NCBI RefSeq assembly: GCF_025526975.1
Contig: NW_026515695.1
Location: 186,001 to 250,000 of the forward strand
DNA from: Fimicolochytrium jonesii
Lineage: Eukaryota
Reading direction: 5' to 3'
Length of the DNA stretch: 64,000 nucleotides
Part shown: piece by piece, positions 63,223 through 64,000 of the stretch
How the letters are laid out: each line of letters starts with the position of its first letter
Numbering within the stretch: the first letter of the stretch is position 1
Position numbers and translations under genes: made by a program
Notes under the pieces: generated by a model
Told to the model about the DNA's origin: nothing
Databases searched by the model: none
What the model saw: only the letters and a program-made list of their open reading frames with translations

Positions 63223-64000
63223 TTACTTCTTCCCCTTCTTCTTCTTACTCCCCTTCCCAACAACCACAAACCGATTCCCGCCACTCTCAAACGTATCCAA
63301 CCCCACAGCGCCCACACCCACCGGCACAGCGGCACCCACGCTCCCCACCGCCGTCCACCCGGCCTCAACCGCTCCCGGGGATGTGGGCTCACCACTGGCG
63401 TCAGCCTTACGTTTGCGCACAAACTCGTCGGCGAATTTACGTGGGTCGATGGCGGTGAGACCGCCGAGGATGTCGTCGCAGATAGATTGGGTGATGGCGG
63501 GCTCAGTGGGGGAGATTGAGAGAAGGATGTTTATGAAGTCGCCGACTTTGGGAGGAGAGACGGATTGTTAGGCTGCCAGTTGTTTTGCGCGTGATAGGTT
63601 CCGGGAGGTTGGTACATACCATTGACACCAGCAGACGAGTTACGTTCCAACGGACGCAGCGCTGATCGACACCACTGCATGAACGCGGGCGAAGGCGTTT
63701 TGGCGGCCGCAGCTTGAGACGGTGGAGCGGTGGCAGTGGAAGCGAGAGCGCTGTTGACTACTACCGAACGGGGTACCGAGACGACAGGAGCCCGCACGGC
63801 TGGGGCGGCTGGGCGGGGGGTGGGTGCCGGTGGTCTAAGGGAAGAAGATGGCGAATTAGAACTTGGAGTCGGAAGGGATACAATATATCTACTGAACTCA
63901 TCGACGGCGACATGATACTGACTTGACAACATGTCCCTGCTTTCCAACCACATTCCACGCACCAGGCGCACCCTCCCCAGCCTTCGCACCAAGTGGCGTT
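63223..64000 (-). CDS. GYF-domain protein (GIGYF/Smy2/Syh1-like), 3' part only
   Basis: FMQWCRSAL...DFINILLS...DPRKFADEFVRKRK...FVVVGKGSKKKKGKK C-terminal signature; the GYF domain itself is outside the window. Confidence 0.78.

Noticed and set aside
1..64000. tRNA or rRNA genes
   Set aside because: No convincing cloverleaf, T-loop context or rRNA signature seen by eye; tRNAscan-SE/Infernal would be decisive

Overview
Eukaryotic, intron-rich fungal DNA. It is probably an early-diverging, chytrid-type fungus: the fungal homoaconitase LYS4 sits with UBFD1 and GCP5 (the taxonomy is inference). Bases 1-13.4 kb are a nested LTR-retrotransposon cluster. It holds a head-to-tail array of at least three 2.42-kb LTR-gag-protease units, all cut at the same base just before RT, followed by a full-length Ty3/gypsy chromovirus (Tf1/sushi-like) disabled by three 1-bp insertions. 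This array lies inside the integrase of a second, related chromovirus, which itself interrupts a GATA-like zinc-finger ORF at a 21-bp minisatellite. The element shows a tRNA-independent self-priming signature and a -1 frameshift slippery site with a predicted H-type pseudoknot. Diagnostic SNPs show that one array unit is a recombinant. The remaining ~50 kb is gene-dense: ABCC transporter, orphan 7TM protein, COY1/CASP, glycine-rich RRM protein, LYS4, NAD+-type mitochondrial carrier, UBFD1, GCP5, IQGAP, CBP3, POT1, SUR7/PalI-like protein, SH3-EH protein, TYS1, an SDR, a hypothetical membrane protein and the 3' end of a GIGYF gene. Smaller oddities include GCGAAGC-rich long introns, an unexplained ~150-bp triplicate and alternating C-rich/G-rich blocks. 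All calls are by eye. Spans of spliced genes include introns, and some start codons are uncertain.
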